Assembly: GCA_041666145.1 (NCBI GenBank)
Contig: JBAYHK010000005.1
Location: 8,921 to 72,920 of the forward strand
Origin: Patescibacteria group bacterium
Lineage (GTDB): Bacteria > Patescibacteriota > Patescibacteriia > UBA9934
Length of the DNA: 64,000 nt
Direction of reading: 5' to 3'
Shown here: positions 1-9,612 of the stretch, one piece after another
How positions within the stretch are numbered: position 1 is the stretch's first letter
Layout of the letters: each line of letters begins with the position of its first letter
The notes under the pieces: generated by a model
Seen by the model: the letters and a program-made list of their open reading frames with translations, nothing else
Databases searched by the model: none
Told to the model about the DNA's origin: nothing
Program-made: the position numbers and the translations under genes

Positions 1-474
1 AACTCCCATAGCAACGTTCATTGTAAGCACGATGACCATCGCCGGAATTGCCAATCGGTCAGGAATGATGCTCGCACGCCAATCAAACATGAAAATCGGC
101 AAAAGGAGCATTGCAAGAATTCCGTTGCGAATAAAGAGCGCAATAACATCAGAAGCGTCTCGAGCGAAAAACGGAATACTCACGTCGCCAGAAAAAATCT
201 GCCATGCAAAACCAACAAATAAAATTCCCATCGCTATCTCAAGTGCAGGATACTGCCATGGAATAATCGACTTACACGCTCGACATTTTGCCTGAAGCAC
301 AATGTAGCTCACTAAAGGAAAATGATCTTTTGCATGCATTGGCCTTGCGCAAGTCACACATTTCCTCCTTCCAGCGGTAAAACGTAAACCATCAGGCGTG
401 CGAAGAAGAAATGTATTTACAAGCGCGCCACATGCAAGCCCAAGAACAAGAGCAATACCTAGAGGAATCAACAT
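1..474 (-). CDS. pilD: Prepilin peptidase (A24 family), N-terminal ~158 aa. The ORF runs off the window start, so the 3' end is missing.
   Basis: Manual minus-strand translation from ATG at 472-474 gives MLIPLGIALVLGLACGALVNTFLLRTPDGLRFTAGRRKCVTCARPMHAKDHFPLVSYIVLQAKCRACKSIIPWQYP...FMFDWRASIIPDRLAIPAMVIVL with no stop before nt 1. It has the tetracysteine CxxC...CxxC motif and the D...IIPD catalytic-Asp region typical of prepilin peptidases. It is absent from the ORF track because it is open-ended. Confidence 0.7.
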   Translation of the reverse strand, partial: MLIPLGIALVLGLACGALVNTFLLRTPDGLRFTAGRRKCVTCARPMHAKDHFPLVSYIVLQAKCRACKSIIPWQYPALEIAMGILFVGFAWQIFSGDVSIPFFARDASDVIALFIRNGILAMLLLPIFMFDWRASIIPDRLAIPAMVIVLTMNVAMGV

Positions 475-477
475 ATT

Positions 478-963
478 TTAAATAGCAGAACAGGCGCCCG
501 CAGAAAAACCATTCTCAGAAAGACAGTTCACACCTTTTGCAACCCCGAGCAAAGCGTTTCCACTTTCGAGTTCAAATTCAATACGAAATGCATCTTCTGA
601 CCCGCTATAACAATAGACATCATTAACATCGTTACAAGAAACTTTCTCTTTCAATCCCGCTGCTGGTGGAACGGTAACAAGACTTAAATACGGAGTTGGG
701 CCACTCACGGAACAAGGACCAGAAAAACCCTCCTGAGATAAACATGAGGTAAGCGCCTGACCAAGTGCAATAGGAACTTCAGCAGACGGATACGCACTGT
801 GATTTTGAAAATACATATCAACCGACATCTGAATCTCTCGTACATTTGCAAGACGTGTTACGTCACGCGTATGCGACCGCGCAGAAAGAACAGCGTAACC
901 AGAGATCAATCCAATGACTCCGATGATCGCACCCATAATGAGAAGCTCAGCGGTTCTTGTCAT
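478..963 (-). CDS. Type IV pilin-like protein with a prepilin-type N-terminal hydrophobic helix and a conserved Glu
   Basis: Internal start MTRTAELLIMGAIIGVIGLISGYAVL within ORF 478..1086 has the hydrophobic N-terminal helix with Glu typical of pilins/pseudopilins. It is followed by a Cys-containing C-terminal domain. It lies between pilM and pilD. The leader is atypical, so the start is uncertain. Confidence 0.5.
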   Translation of the reverse strand: MTRTAELLIMGAIIGVIGLISGYAVLSARSHTRDVTRLANVREIQMSVDMYFQNHSAYPSAEVPIALGQALTSCLSQEGFSGPCSVSGPTPYLSLVTVPPAAGLKEKVSCNDVNDVYCYSGSEDAFRIEFELESGNALLGVAKGVNCLSENGFSAGACSAI

Positions 964-1327
964 AAAAAATTTGCAAACGCGCCATAATATCGCGCGGACT
1001 ATGTTGTGTTGTAAGGAGTATATCATCGGCACCCGCCTCATAAAGCAAAGATCGCTGCTCATGAGAAAGCTTGTGACAAAGCGCAAGAATGCGCATGTTC
1101 TTTAATGCAGGATGTTTTCTCATCCTCCGAATGTCATCAACAAGGGAAGCAACAACATCTTCATCAAGCAAAAGTGCAAACGGTCGAAGCTGCAATGCCC
1201 GACGTTCAAATTCTGCAACATCTTGCAGACATACAATTTTCGCAAATCGCTCCCCGTATCGCTCATACATGCTCCGAATAACTACATGCGGAACAATACA
1301 AACAATCTGAGGACGCGAAGCGATCAT
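947..1327 (-). CDS. CheY-like receiver domain protein (single-domain response-regulator-like)
   Basis: 126 aa. LLLDEDV ... ALCHKLS ... AGADDILL pattern resembles a receiver (REC) fold with the acidic pocket. It sits inside the pilus gene string. Confidence 0.5.
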   Translation of the reverse strand: MIASRPQIVCIVPHVVIRSMYERYGERFAKIVCLQDVAEFERRALQLRPFALLLDEDVVASLVDDIRRMRKHPALKNMRILALCHKLSHEQRSLLYEAGADDILLTTQHSPRDIMARLQIFYDKNR

Positions 1328-1329
1328 AT

Positions 1330-2469
1330 TTATTTCTCTTTTTCAGGAACAACTCGCATTGCTAAACCAATAGCAACAGCAAATCGACTTCCAACTTCAT
1401 CTAAAACAGGTCGAGATGCCAACGGCGTTGCAATACGCGCCCAAGGATCACCAACATACACATTAACATCAAGCGCATTTGTCATTGCCTTATCAAATCC
1501 AGCAAGCTGCGCAGAACCACCAGTAAGAATAACCTTATTAATGAGCTTCGTCGCAACATGTGAATCTTCTTGCAAGTTCATATCAAGTGCATATTTTGCC
1601 TCATGCAACAACGGCTTAATCGCACTCACAAGTGCTGAAGGCATAACATCGCCATCATTAAGCACAATGTCTTTTTTCATAGCCTCCGCTTCTGACATTC
1701 CAATCCCCATTGCACTTGAAAATGCCGAGGTAACAGCATTACCGCCAGATTTAATACCGCGTGTTACATATGGAACACCACGCTCTGCAATAATAATATT
1801 CGTTCGTTCACCACCAACATCAACAATCATCGTTTTTGCACTATCTTTCCCAATCAAAGCACGCATAAGCGCAAACACTTCAGTTTCCAATGAAACCAGA
1901 TCAAGCTTTGCCATTTTGAATACTGCAATGTATTTCTCTACAAGCGCTTTTGGTGCCGCAGTTACCTGAACACGCACCGTCTTGCTACCAACCTCAGCCT
2001 TGGGTTCCGCAATATCTACCTTCCCATCTTGTTGCTTCTGCTCCTCTTTTGGCAGCATGTCCTTGTCAATAATATGCGAGTCGATAATCATTTCCGAAAT
2101 TGGAAGAGGCAATAACTTCGCAGTCTGCACCTCAACAATCGAACGAATATCTTCCTTTGCAGACTTTGGCATTGGAATGCTGATGATCGCATGAAACACG
2201 CTCGATGCTGGCAACGCGGCAACTGCTTTTCTCGCGTTCATGCCGCTCGTCTTCACAATATTCTGAATGATGTCTGCAAGGTGCTTCGGGTCGTCAACAG
2301 AGAGTACAGACACATCCCCTCCTGGAGCAATATCTGCGTATCCATACGTCACCAAACGAATCTTTCCTCCTTCTTGCATTAACTCGACAATCTTAAGACT
2401 CGTCGTCCCAATATCAACCCCGAGCAAGCCAGATGACGGCTCTTCTTTCTTCGTTCCAAAAAGAGACAT
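1330..2469 (-). CDS. pilM: Type IV pilus assembly ATPase-like protein PilM (actin-like)
   Basis: GLLGVDIGTTSLKIVEL N-terminus and overall actin/FtsA-like architecture of PilM. Probable start at MSLFGTKK (internal M of ORF 1330..2523). Confidence 0.8.
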   Translation of the reverse strand: MSLFGTKKEEPSSGLLGVDIGTTSLKIVELMQEGGKIRLVTYGYADIAPGGDVSVLSVDDPKHLADIIQNIVKTSGMNARKAVAALPASSVFHAIISIPMPKSAKEDIRSIVEVQTAKLLPLPISEMIIDSHIIDKDMLPKEEQKQQDGKVDIAEPKAEVGSKTVRVQVTAAPKALVEKYIAVFKMAKLDLVSLETEVFALMRALIGKDSAKTMIVDVGGERTNIIIAERGVPYVTRGIKSGGNAVTSAFSSAMGIGMSEAEAMKKDIVLNDGDVMPSALVSAIKPLLHEAKYALDMNLQEDSHVATKLINKVILTGGSAQLAGFDKAMTNALDVNVYVGDPWARIATPLASRPVLDEVGSRFAVAIGLAMRVVPEKEK

Positions 2470-2512
2470 AGTGCAAAAAGTATAACATGACAGTTGCAAA
2501 TATAACCCGCTA

Positions 2513-2929
2513 TTACGCTGCATCTAACGAAGCATTTACCAATGAATCTGCATGCATATTCTGTTCACGAAAGACATGCGTAAATTTCACCGACCTAAAC
2601 TGCGTTCGAAGATTATGAACCTCTAAAAATCGCTTTGCGATTTCTGGATTCCTTACTCGATACTCTCCATTCAACTGTTTTACAGCAAGCTCTGAATCCA
2701 ATCGAACATCTACAAACTCATAACCAAATTCCTTTGCTTTCTGTAAACCAATAATGATGCCCGTATATTCCGCCTGATTGTTCGTATTCATCCCAATATA
2801 TTTCACAACCTCTGCAATGCATTCCCCCTCCGTTCCGTCATCATTGAGCGCAAAGAGGACAGCAGCACCAGCAGCCTTCCCTGGATTTCCCCTCGATCCT
2901 CCGTCTGCATACATTCGTACTGTCTTCAT
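2513..2929 (-). CDS. rnhA: Ribonuclease HI
   Basis: YADGGSRGNPGKAAGAAVL ... NNQAEYTGIIIGLQKA RNase H type 1 signature. 4-nt ATGA-type overlap with upstream recJ. Confidence 0.85.
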   Translation of the reverse strand: MKTVRMYADGGSRGNPGKAAGAAVLFALNDDGTEGECIAEVVKYIGMNTNNQAEYTGIIIGLQKAKEFGYEFVDVRLDSELAVKQLNGEYRVRNPEIAKRFLEVHNLRTQFRSVKFTHVFREQNMHADSLVNASLDAA

Positions 2930-4647
2930 ATATGTTTTTGAATATCTACTATTTTACATTGAACCTCACGCCTCCCATTCCATACGTTTATTCCAGGCTC
3001 ATACGCAATATCAACTCGTGTTCCTACTGAAAATTCTTTCGCTCTATTTCCCAACCCAAATCCTACAAACTTTCGAGCCACGCCTTCTTCATCAAGAACC
3101 GTGAGTCGAAGATGCGATGCTGTTGTTCCCATTGTTTCTACCGTCATAACTGTTTCGCCGCGTACTGCAAACACTGGAGAACGATTCCCTTCCCCGAATG
3201 GCGCACAAGCTTCCAACGACTCAAGAAGATCAAGCGTCATCGCTGACGGCGCAACAACAGCATCTATCATCAAAGTCTGTACAACTCCAACATCCCCAAA
3301 AATCCCTTTTGCAAATTCATTTACTCTTTTCCTAAATAAATCGACCTGATCAAGGGTCTGTATTGTCAATCCGCAAGCTTGAGGATGACCTCCTTTTTTC
3401 AAAAATACATCACCACATGCATCCATCGCTTCAACAAGATGCAATCCACCGGCAGTTCGTCCGCTCCCAACATATCGACCATCTACCCGAGTCAAAACAA
3501 ATGCAGGACAACCAAAATCACCGACCAACTTTCCTGCAATCAATCCAACAATCCCCGGTAACCAATCGTCACTCGTCACCACAAGAACTTGATTCGCAGA
3601 AAGCATGTTGCGTGCAATCCCTTCTGCTTGTTTATATGACGCTCGAAAAATATTCTGACGTTCTCGATTCAGTCGCTCCAAAATAGTCGCTGCAGCCTCC
3701 GCCTCTCCAATTGATGTTGCCGCAATCGCATCAAATGCAAGTCGAGCACGAGAAAGTCGACCCGCTGCATTAAGTCGCGGACCAATACGAAATCCAATGG
3801 CTTGCGTATCAACTCCCCCAAGCTCAGTTCCAGACGCTGCAAGAATCGCTCGAATACCAGGCCGACGAGTCTTATTCAGAACTTTCAATCCAAAGTGCTC
3901 AAGCACACGATTCTCTCCAGTAAGCGGCATTACATCAGTAACCGTAGCAATCGCAACCAAATCCAACATCCATTTTTCATAACCATTAACAAAATCCGCA
4001 CCTCGCTTTCGAGCCTCGCAAATCAACGCTGAAGCAAATTTGAACGCAACACCAGTTCCACAAAGCGACCTGTTTGGATACGTCTCGCCTGGTGATGAAG
4101 GATGAAGAACAATCGCATGATTTGGAAAATGTTCACCAAGCTGATGGTGATCACAAACTATCGTTACAATCCCAGCATCATGCGCATGATCAAGTTCAAG
4201 ACCGTACGCAATGCCGCAATCAATCGTAACCAAAAGTTTCTTTTCTTCTGCAATAAATCTGTCGACGGTGTGCATGGCAACTCCATAACCATCACGCTCA
4301 CGATCTGGTAAAAACACCTCAACATTCAAAACATATTTCATCTGCTCTGCAATGTCCTTCAAGGCACCAAAAAGTAACGCAACTCCAGAAACACCGTCTG
4401 CATCATAATCACCGTGAATCACTATCGCGTCACCATGTTCCATTGCAAAGAACATTGCATCTACCGCCTGCTGCATTTGCGCAAAAAGAAACGGTGAATA
4501 CGTCCCCTTCTCCCAATCTGGAGACAAAAAATATTCTCGCTCTTCAGGCGGAATTCCACGATTTACCAAAAGCTGCGTCACGAGATCATCGTGGTTTCGC
4601 GGCGCAATGATCCATTCGCGTGGCATGCTAAAAACCAAACTGACCAA
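2926..4647 (-). CDS. recJ: Single-stranded-DNA-specific exonuclease RecJ (DHH/DHHA1)
   Basis: VIHGDYDADGVSGVALL DHH motif, length 573 aa, DHHA1-like C-terminal half. Confidence 0.85.
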   Translation of the reverse strand: MVSLVFSMPREWIIAPRNHDDLVTQLLVNRGIPPEEREYFLSPDWEKGTYSPFLFAQMQQAVDAMFFAMEHGDAIVIHGDYDADGVSGVALLFGALKDIAEQMKYVLNVEVFLPDRERDGYGVAMHTVDRFIAEEKKLLVTIDCGIAYGLELDHAHDAGIVTIVCDHHQLGEHFPNHAIVLHPSSPGETYPNRSLCGTGVAFKFASALICEARKRGADFVNGYEKWMLDLVAIATVTDVMPLTGENRVLEHFGLKVLNKTRRPGIRAILAASGTELGGVDTQAIGFRIGPRLNAAGRLSRARLAFDAIAATSIGEAEAAATILERLNRERQNIFRASYKQAEGIARNMLSANQVLVVTSDDWLPGIVGLIAGKLVGDFGCPAFVLTRVDGRYVGSGRTAGGLHLVEAMDACGDVFLKKGGHPQACGLTIQTLDQVDLFRKRVNEFAKGIFGDVGVVQTLMIDAVVAPSAMTLDLLESLEACAPFGEGNRSPVFAVRGETVMTVETMGTTASHLRLTVLDEEGVARKFVGFGLGNRAKEFSVGTRVDIAYEPGINVWNGRREVQCKIVDIQKHI

Positions 4648-4837
4648 AACTCACAAGCATGGAAATCATGACCAACATGGCAATAACCATCCAAACCTTC
4701 TGTATTTTTTTTCTCTGTAAAGTCATGCGCACAGGGTAACAACGTAAAAGCGTCCCGTCATGCCCAACTGGGGACGATATTGATTTTTTTCTCTTATTAA
4801 AGCTAATATCAGTCGCCACACAAAGGGAGAGAAATCA

Positions 4838-5467
4838 ATGGGCACAAAAGAAAAAAGGTTCGATCCTTCAAAATTCACTGTCGTCTTCGACAGAATAGAA
4901 CCAGGAATAGGAGAGATTGGGGTTTGTATCGCCGGAGAATGGGATCTCGGCAGTGAAAGCTTCGCCGTCCTCGACCACGAATTACTCACCTACACAAGAG
5001 CAAGTGACCAGTCACTAATCATACCGATTGACGACAAAAAGCTCGCAAAAGAGATTCTCACAATCGCAATCTCATTCTTCTTCATTTCCGAAGGAGACAT
5101 CGTCACAAGTAAAGAACAACCGATACGAACAGATATCGATGGAACAGAAATCTACACACTCAAGATTCCTGAGTATGGAAAAACCGAAGTGGAGTTCGCC
5201 GGCGCAATCGATATCGATGAGGTCATATACCAGCTGTGCTTCGCACGTCGCTCAAATCCTCTTGTCATCATCCTGGAAGTCACAGGAACAGATCCGATCG
5301 CATTCCGAGAAATAGATCTTAAGAACAGAGATCTTATCGAGGAGATCACTGAAGCCTTTCTTCTCGAAATGGGGATTGGAACTCCTGAGACGGAAGAGGA
5401 AGAGGAGTGCAAATCAAAGAAACCTGGCGTATCTGCATGGGTCCCGATCCTCGATCAAGAAAACTAA
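4838..5467 (+). CDS. Hypothetical acidic protein
   Basis: 209-aa ORF preceded by SD-like AAAGGGAGAG 7 nt upstream of ATG. Ends in a Glu-rich tail and is followed by a hairpin terminator. No family recognised. Confidence 0.45.
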   Translation: MGTKEKRFDPSKFTVVFDRIEPGIGEIGVCIAGEWDLGSESFAVLDHELLTYTRASDQSLIIPIDDKKLAKEILTIAISFFFISEGDIVTSKEQPIRTDIDGTEIYTLKIPEYGKTEVEFAGAIDIDEVIYQLCFARRSNPLVIILEVTGTDPIAFREIDLKNRDLIEEITEAFLLEMGIGTPETEEEEECKSKKPGVSAWVPILDQEN

Positions 5468-5481
5468 CGCAACGAACGAAA

Positions 5482-5504
5482 GAGCCGCTCCAAAAGAGCG
5501 GCTC
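5482..5504. terminator. Bidirectional intrinsic terminator between convergent genes
   Basis: gagccgctc-caaaa-gagcggctc, a 9-bp perfect stem. The minus-strand read is followed by tttcgttcgtt, downstream of the lepA stop. Confidence 0.5.
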
Positions 5505-5551
5505 AAAATGTTTATATACAATAAGCAAGGTAAACTTTTTTCGATTCATGA

Positions 5552-7360
5552 TTATCGCTTGAGTACTTTTAAATATGCTTCACTCGGAATCTCCACGCTT
5601 CCAACGCCCATTGCAAGCATTTTCTTCTTTCCTTTCTTCTGTTTTTCAAGCAGCTTCATCTTTCGTGTTGCGTCACCACCATAAAGTTTTGCCGTCACAT
5701 CTTTTCTCAACGCAGAAATACGCTCTCCAGCGACAACTTTTCCTCCAATAGTCGCCTGAAGCTTAATCACAAATTGCTGCTGAGGAATACTTTCCTTTAA
5801 AACTTCAAGAACTCGACGACCAACACGCTCAGCCTCGTCGCGATAAACAAGCATCGCAAATGCGTCGACAGGTTCATCCGCAACAAGAATGTCGAGCTTT
5901 ACAACATCAGCTTCTCTATACGTAAACACGTCATAACTCATGGACGCATAGCCACTTGAAGCACCTTTCAACTTATCATTAAAATCGACAATAATCGCAG
6001 AAAGCGGAAGCTCGTAATGCAATACAGCGCGGCCCTCAGAAAGATAATCTGTATTAACGTAAATACCTCGACGGTCTTGCGCTAACGACATGACGTTCCC
6101 AATAAACTCCGTTGGCGTAATCATGTCGACTCTTGCCCATGGCTCGTCAATATGATCAATAAAACTTGGGTCTGGAAGATCAAGAGCGCTTTTTACCACC
6201 GAATACTCAGGCTTTTCATTTACATAAACGTGATACGCCACGCTTGGGAGCGTTACCACAAGACCGATCGTAAATTCACGACTTAGCCGCTCTTTAAGAA
6301 TCTCCAAGTGGAGCATACCTAAAAATCCGCACCGGAATCCGTATCCAAGAGCTGGTGAGTGCTCAGGTTCAAATACAAGAGCGGAATCATTCAATTTCAA
6401 TCTATCCATCGCGTCACGCAACGCTCCGTACTCGTCACCTTGTGCTGGGAAGATTCCCGCAAACACCATGGGTCGAACCTCACGATACCCAGGCAATGCC
6501 TCGACATGATTCGTGATTGGCAAAACAGTCATGGTGTCACCCACTCGACATCCACGAATATCTTTCAAGCCAGTAACAACATATCCAATCTGTCCAGTCT
6601 CTAACTCGTCACGAGACGAAAACTTTGGCGTCAATGCACCAAGCTCGATAATCTCTCCATCTGCACCAGTCGCAAGCATCCGAATCTTGTCACGCCTCTT
6701 AAACACCCCATCCATAACTCGAACATACGCCACAACACCTTTATAGTCGTCATAAGACGAATCAAAAATCACAGCACGCGGCGCAGCATCAGCCTTCCCT
6801 TCTGGCGACGGAATAAGATCGATGACTCTATCAAGCAGCTCTCGCACACCCTCTCCTGTCTTTCCAGAAACAGCGAGAACATCTTCCGGAGCACATCCTA
6901 AAAGTTTCACGAGCTCCGCCTTTCGTGCTGGAACATCCGCAGCTGGAAGATCAATCTTGTTCAACACTGGAATAATCGCCAAATTTTCTTCCACTGCCAA
7001 ATACAAATTCGCAATCGTCTGAGCTTGAACTCCCTGCGTTGCGTCAACAAGCAGAATCGCTCCATTCACTGCAGCGAGCGAACGACTTACCTCGTAATTA
7101 AAATCGATATGACCAGGGGTATCGATGAGATTCAACGTGTACTCAACGTCACCCTTCTTCCAAATCATTCGAGCTGGAGCAAGCTTAATGGTTATTCCAC
7201 GTTCTCGCTCAATATCCATGGAATCCAAAAGCTGCTCCTTCATTAAGCGCTTGTCGACGGTTCCCGTAATCTCCAATAATCGATCTGAAAGCGTGGACTT
7301 TCCATGATCAATGTGGGCAATAATGCAGAAATTTCGAATGTTTTGTTGTAATACAGCCAT
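5552..7360 (-). CDS. lepA: Elongation factor 4 (LepA)
   Basis: NFCIIAHIDHGKSTLSDRLL G1 motif, 602 aa, LepA C-terminal domain. Confidence 0.9.
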   Translation of the reverse strand: MAVLQQNIRNFCIIAHIDHGKSTLSDRLLEITGTVDKRLMKEQLLDSMDIERERGITIKLAPARMIWKKGDVEYTLNLIDTPGHIDFNYEVSRSLAAVNGAILLVDATQGVQAQTIANLYLAVEENLAIIPVLNKIDLPAADVPARKAELVKLLGCAPEDVLAVSGKTGEGVRELLDRVIDLIPSPEGKADAAPRAVIFDSSYDDYKGVVAYVRVMDGVFKRRDKIRMLATGADGEIIELGALTPKFSSRDELETGQIGYVVTGLKDIRGCRVGDTMTVLPITNHVEALPGYREVRPMVFAGIFPAQGDEYGALRDAMDRLKLNDSALVFEPEHSPALGYGFRCGFLGMLHLEILKERLSREFTIGLVVTLPSVAYHVYVNEKPEYSVVKSALDLPDPSFIDHIDEPWARVDMITPTEFIGNVMSLAQDRRGIYVNTDYLSEGRAVLHYELPLSAIIVDFNDKLKGASSGYASMSYDVFTYREADVVKLDILVADEPVDAFAMLVYRDEAERVGRRVLEVLKESIPQQQFVIKLQATIGGKVVAGERISALRKDVTAKLYGGDATRKMKLLEKQKKGKKKMLAMGVGSVEIPSEAYLKVLKR

Positions 7361-7402
7361 AATCTGAAAGAAATCCTACTGTATTTTTACCAATCACGCA
7401 AT

Positions 7403-7431
7403 TGACTAAACATCCGTTTTCCGCTAATATA
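7403..7431 (+). promoter_or_regulatory. Sigma70-like promoter candidate (TTGACT, 17-nt spacer, TAATAT)
   Basis: ttgact at 7403-7408 and taatat at 7426-7431 with 17-nt spacing, ~70 nt upstream of the ORF starting at 7500. Confidence 0.45.
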
Positions 7432-7499
7432 AAACGTTTCTCGGCAAAAACACGAGAACAAAATTCAGAAAATTTTCACCACTTTATTCGAGGTTCATA

Positions 7500-8063
7500 A
7501 TGTTTGAAACACAAAGAAACTTAGAGTCCGACCTAGAAGACCTAGAAGACCTAGAAGACCTAGAAGACCTAGAAGACCTAGAACCGGATCCTATAAAAGA
7601 ACTGTACGCCGAACGGTTGCAGAAAGTTCGAGAGCTCCCGTTCTCCAACGTTCGAAAGCTCCTGTTCTCCGACGAGTTTACCCGCGATACTATCCCTAGA
7701 AAGATGCGGAATCTACCGCCACCACCCAGTAGAGAGATGGGGCTCATTGCGTGGACTGCGTATCGCGATGGACTCATCGAATTCGCGGAAGTACAGGGCT
7801 ATATCATCGGAAGACTCGTATCGCCTTCATGGAACACTCCCCTTGGTTTCGGGTTCGTAGCTGAAGGATATGTAGGAAAAAGAAAGATATCCTACATCGT
7901 TGGCAGACTGAAAAATAAGCTCGAACCGGAACCAGAATGTGGACAGCTCGTTCTTCTCACACGTGGATACGACAAATCTGAAGATCTACGAAAGACTAAC
8001 CAGCCCACCAGGCCTTACGAGCCAATCCCGAACTGGTTTGTAACCAAAGAGGAGGCTCGTTGA
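7500..8063 (+). CDS. Hypothetical protein with N-terminal (LED)n acidic repeat
   Basis: 187-aa ORF downstream of a consensus-like promoter. The N-terminus is encoded by a 9-nt microsatellite. No family recognised. Confidence 0.5.
   Translation: MFETQRNLESDLEDLEDLEDLEDLEDLEPDPIKELYAERLQKVRELPFSNVRKLLFSDEFTRDTIPRKMRNLPPPPSREMGLIAWTAYRDGLIEFAEVQGYIIGRLVSPSWNTPLGFGFVAEGYVGKRKISYIVGRLKNKLEPEPECGQLVLLTRGYDKSEDLRKTNQPTRPYEPIPNWFVTKEEAR
7532..7583 (+). repeat. Perfect 9-nt tandem repeat (cctagaaga) x5.8 encoding LEDLEDLEDLEDLEDLE
   Basis: Read directly: cctagaaga repeated head-to-tail, in-frame inside ORF 7500..8063. Confidence 0.85.
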
Positions 8064-8116
8064 ACACAAAAAAACACGATCCCCTGTTGCCACGATCGGC
8101 CACGGGGGATTTGCTT

Positions 8117-8689
8117 TTAAAAGCCCATTGTAAGATTCACCGCTTCCTTTGCTTGAACTGGAGTGAAGTTCACCGGAATCAGTCGACGTTCACCAGATCG
8201 ATCGTCGTACAAAACGTAACCATTTTTTAACCCAAATTCGTACACTTCTTTTGTCACCTTCACGTCTTGTAAGCAATACTCACGAATCTCATCTATCTTC
8301 CCCTCCTTCCACCAAGCAACTGCCTGAAGACCGTGACTCGATTTCCTCGTTCCAACCGTTGCCGCGGCAACATCATCAAGCTTTATTCGGTATCCTAATG
8401 ACTTTTCAATGTGTTGCAAAATGTCGAGCTGCTGAAGCTTGAGCAAATCTCCGGCGTAATAATTGTTTAAAACAGGCATGTCAAAACCGATTGAATTGTA
8501 TCCAATAATTCGGCCACCAACTTCAAGTTTTGCAAACATCTGCGGCAAATCTTTTTCTAAATACGACTCGTAGGTATCTGTTTCGTAGTAATACACGCCA
8601 ACAAGAGAAACTTTCAGTTTATCTGTAAAATACCCACCAACTTCCTCAAAAGTATTCTGTGTTTCAATGTCTAAAACAATATCGTTCAT
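8117..8689 (-). CDS. DEDDh-type 3'-5' exonuclease (DnaQ-like fold)
   Basis: VLDIETQNT (Exo I), IGYNSIGFDMPVL (Exo II), HGLQAVAWW...EYCLQDV (Exo III, H-x4-D). Confidence 0.65.
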   Translation of the reverse strand: MNDIVLDIETQNTFEEVGGYFTDKLKVSLVGVYYYETDTYESYLEKDLPQMFAKLEVGGRIIGYNSIGFDMPVLNNYYAGDLLKLQQLDILQHIEKSLGYRIKLDDVAAATVGTRKSSHGLQAVAWWKEGKIDEIREYCLQDVKVTKEVYEFGLKNGYVLYDDRSGERRLIPVNFTPVQAKEAVNLTMGF

Positions 8690-8749
8690 AAAAACATTTC
8701 ATCGCAAAAAGTATTCGCATCCTATCGAATATAACCGTCAACTTCCACC

Positions 8750-9610
8750 CTACCATCCACATCGAACAGCGATACCTGTTGGAAGTTCAAAGGCACGCAC
8801 CGATTCTTCCTTTAACGTAAGCTCAACAGACTGAATCTCTGTTTTCCAAGAAATCGAGGTGCGAAGAAGATTTTCAATCGAGAGTGCCGGAAATCCGAGT
8901 GAATACGCGTTGACAAGAAGCAACCCCGAATTCTTATTTAACAACTTTGCGCAATCAGTAAGCAATTCAGGAAGATGATCCTCGAACTGCCAAAGCTCTC
9001 CCTCTGGACCGCGTCCAAATGCGGGAGGATCCATAAAAATTGCATCATACATATTGCCTCTACGGATCTCTCTTGCAACAAACTTTTGAGCGTCGTCAAC
9101 AATCCAACGTATCGGCCTTTCTGAAAGTCCCGACAAGTCTGCGTTCTCTTTTCCCCATGTCACAACAGGCTTGCTTGCATCAAGATGCGTAACATCCGCG
9201 CCAACACTTGCAGCAACAAGCGTTGCCGCACCGGTATATCCAAACATATTCAAAACTTTCATTCCAGGCTTTACATTCTCTCGAATCCAAACCCAGTTAT
9301 TCGCCTGCTCAGGAAACAATCCCGTGTGCTTAAATGATGTTGGACGGATACGAAACGTCAAATCTTCCCAATGAATATTCCAAGACTCTGGAACTTTTTT
9401 ATTGATAGTCCATTCACCTTCTCTACCCTGCCGTTTATACGAGAGATGAGAGTCATTCCAAGCCTCTTCATTTTCTTTTTTCCAAAGCGCCTGCGGCTCG
9501 GGACGAATCATAATAACGTCACCAAAACGTTCACGTTTTTCAAATGCCCCAGAATCAAGAAGTGCAAACTCTCGCCACTCTGCACAAGATCGAACAAGAG
9601 GCAATGACAT
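8750..9610 (-). CDS. Class I SAM-dependent (r)RNA methyltransferase, RlmI/YwbD-like without PUA domain
   Basis: LNMFGYTGAATLVAA (motif I), DAIFMDPPAFGRG (motif IV DPPxF). Confidence 0.6.
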   Translation of the reverse strand: MSLPLVRSCAEWREFALLDSGAFEKRERFGDVIMIRPEPQALWKKENEEAWNDSHLSYKRQGREGEWTINKKVPESWNIHWEDLTFRIRPTSFKHTGLFPEQANNWVWIRENVKPGMKVLNMFGYTGAATLVAASVGADVTHLDASKPVVTWGKENADLSGLSERPIRWIVDDAQKFVAREIRRGNMYDAIFMDPPAFGRGPEGELWQFEDHLPELLTDCAKLLNKNSGLLLVNAYSLGFPALSIENLLRTSISWKTEIQSVELTLKEESVRAFELPTGIAVRCGW

Positions 9611-9612
9611 AT

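Noticed and set aside
32-295. 87-aa plus-strand ORF at the window start
   Set aside because: It lies antisense to a clearly recognisable prepilin peptidase reading frame that is open to the window edge. It has no motif and no RBS, so it is spurious.
4628-4819. 63-aa minus-strand ORF upstream of recJ
   Set aside because: It overlaps the recJ start and the promoter/RBS region of the 4838 ORF. Hydrophobic low-complexity translation, no support.
7532-7583. Possible CRISPR array
   Set aside because: The only perfect short tandem repeat is a 9-nt in-frame microsatellite without spacers. No repeat-spacer arrays or cas genes were seen anywhere in the window.
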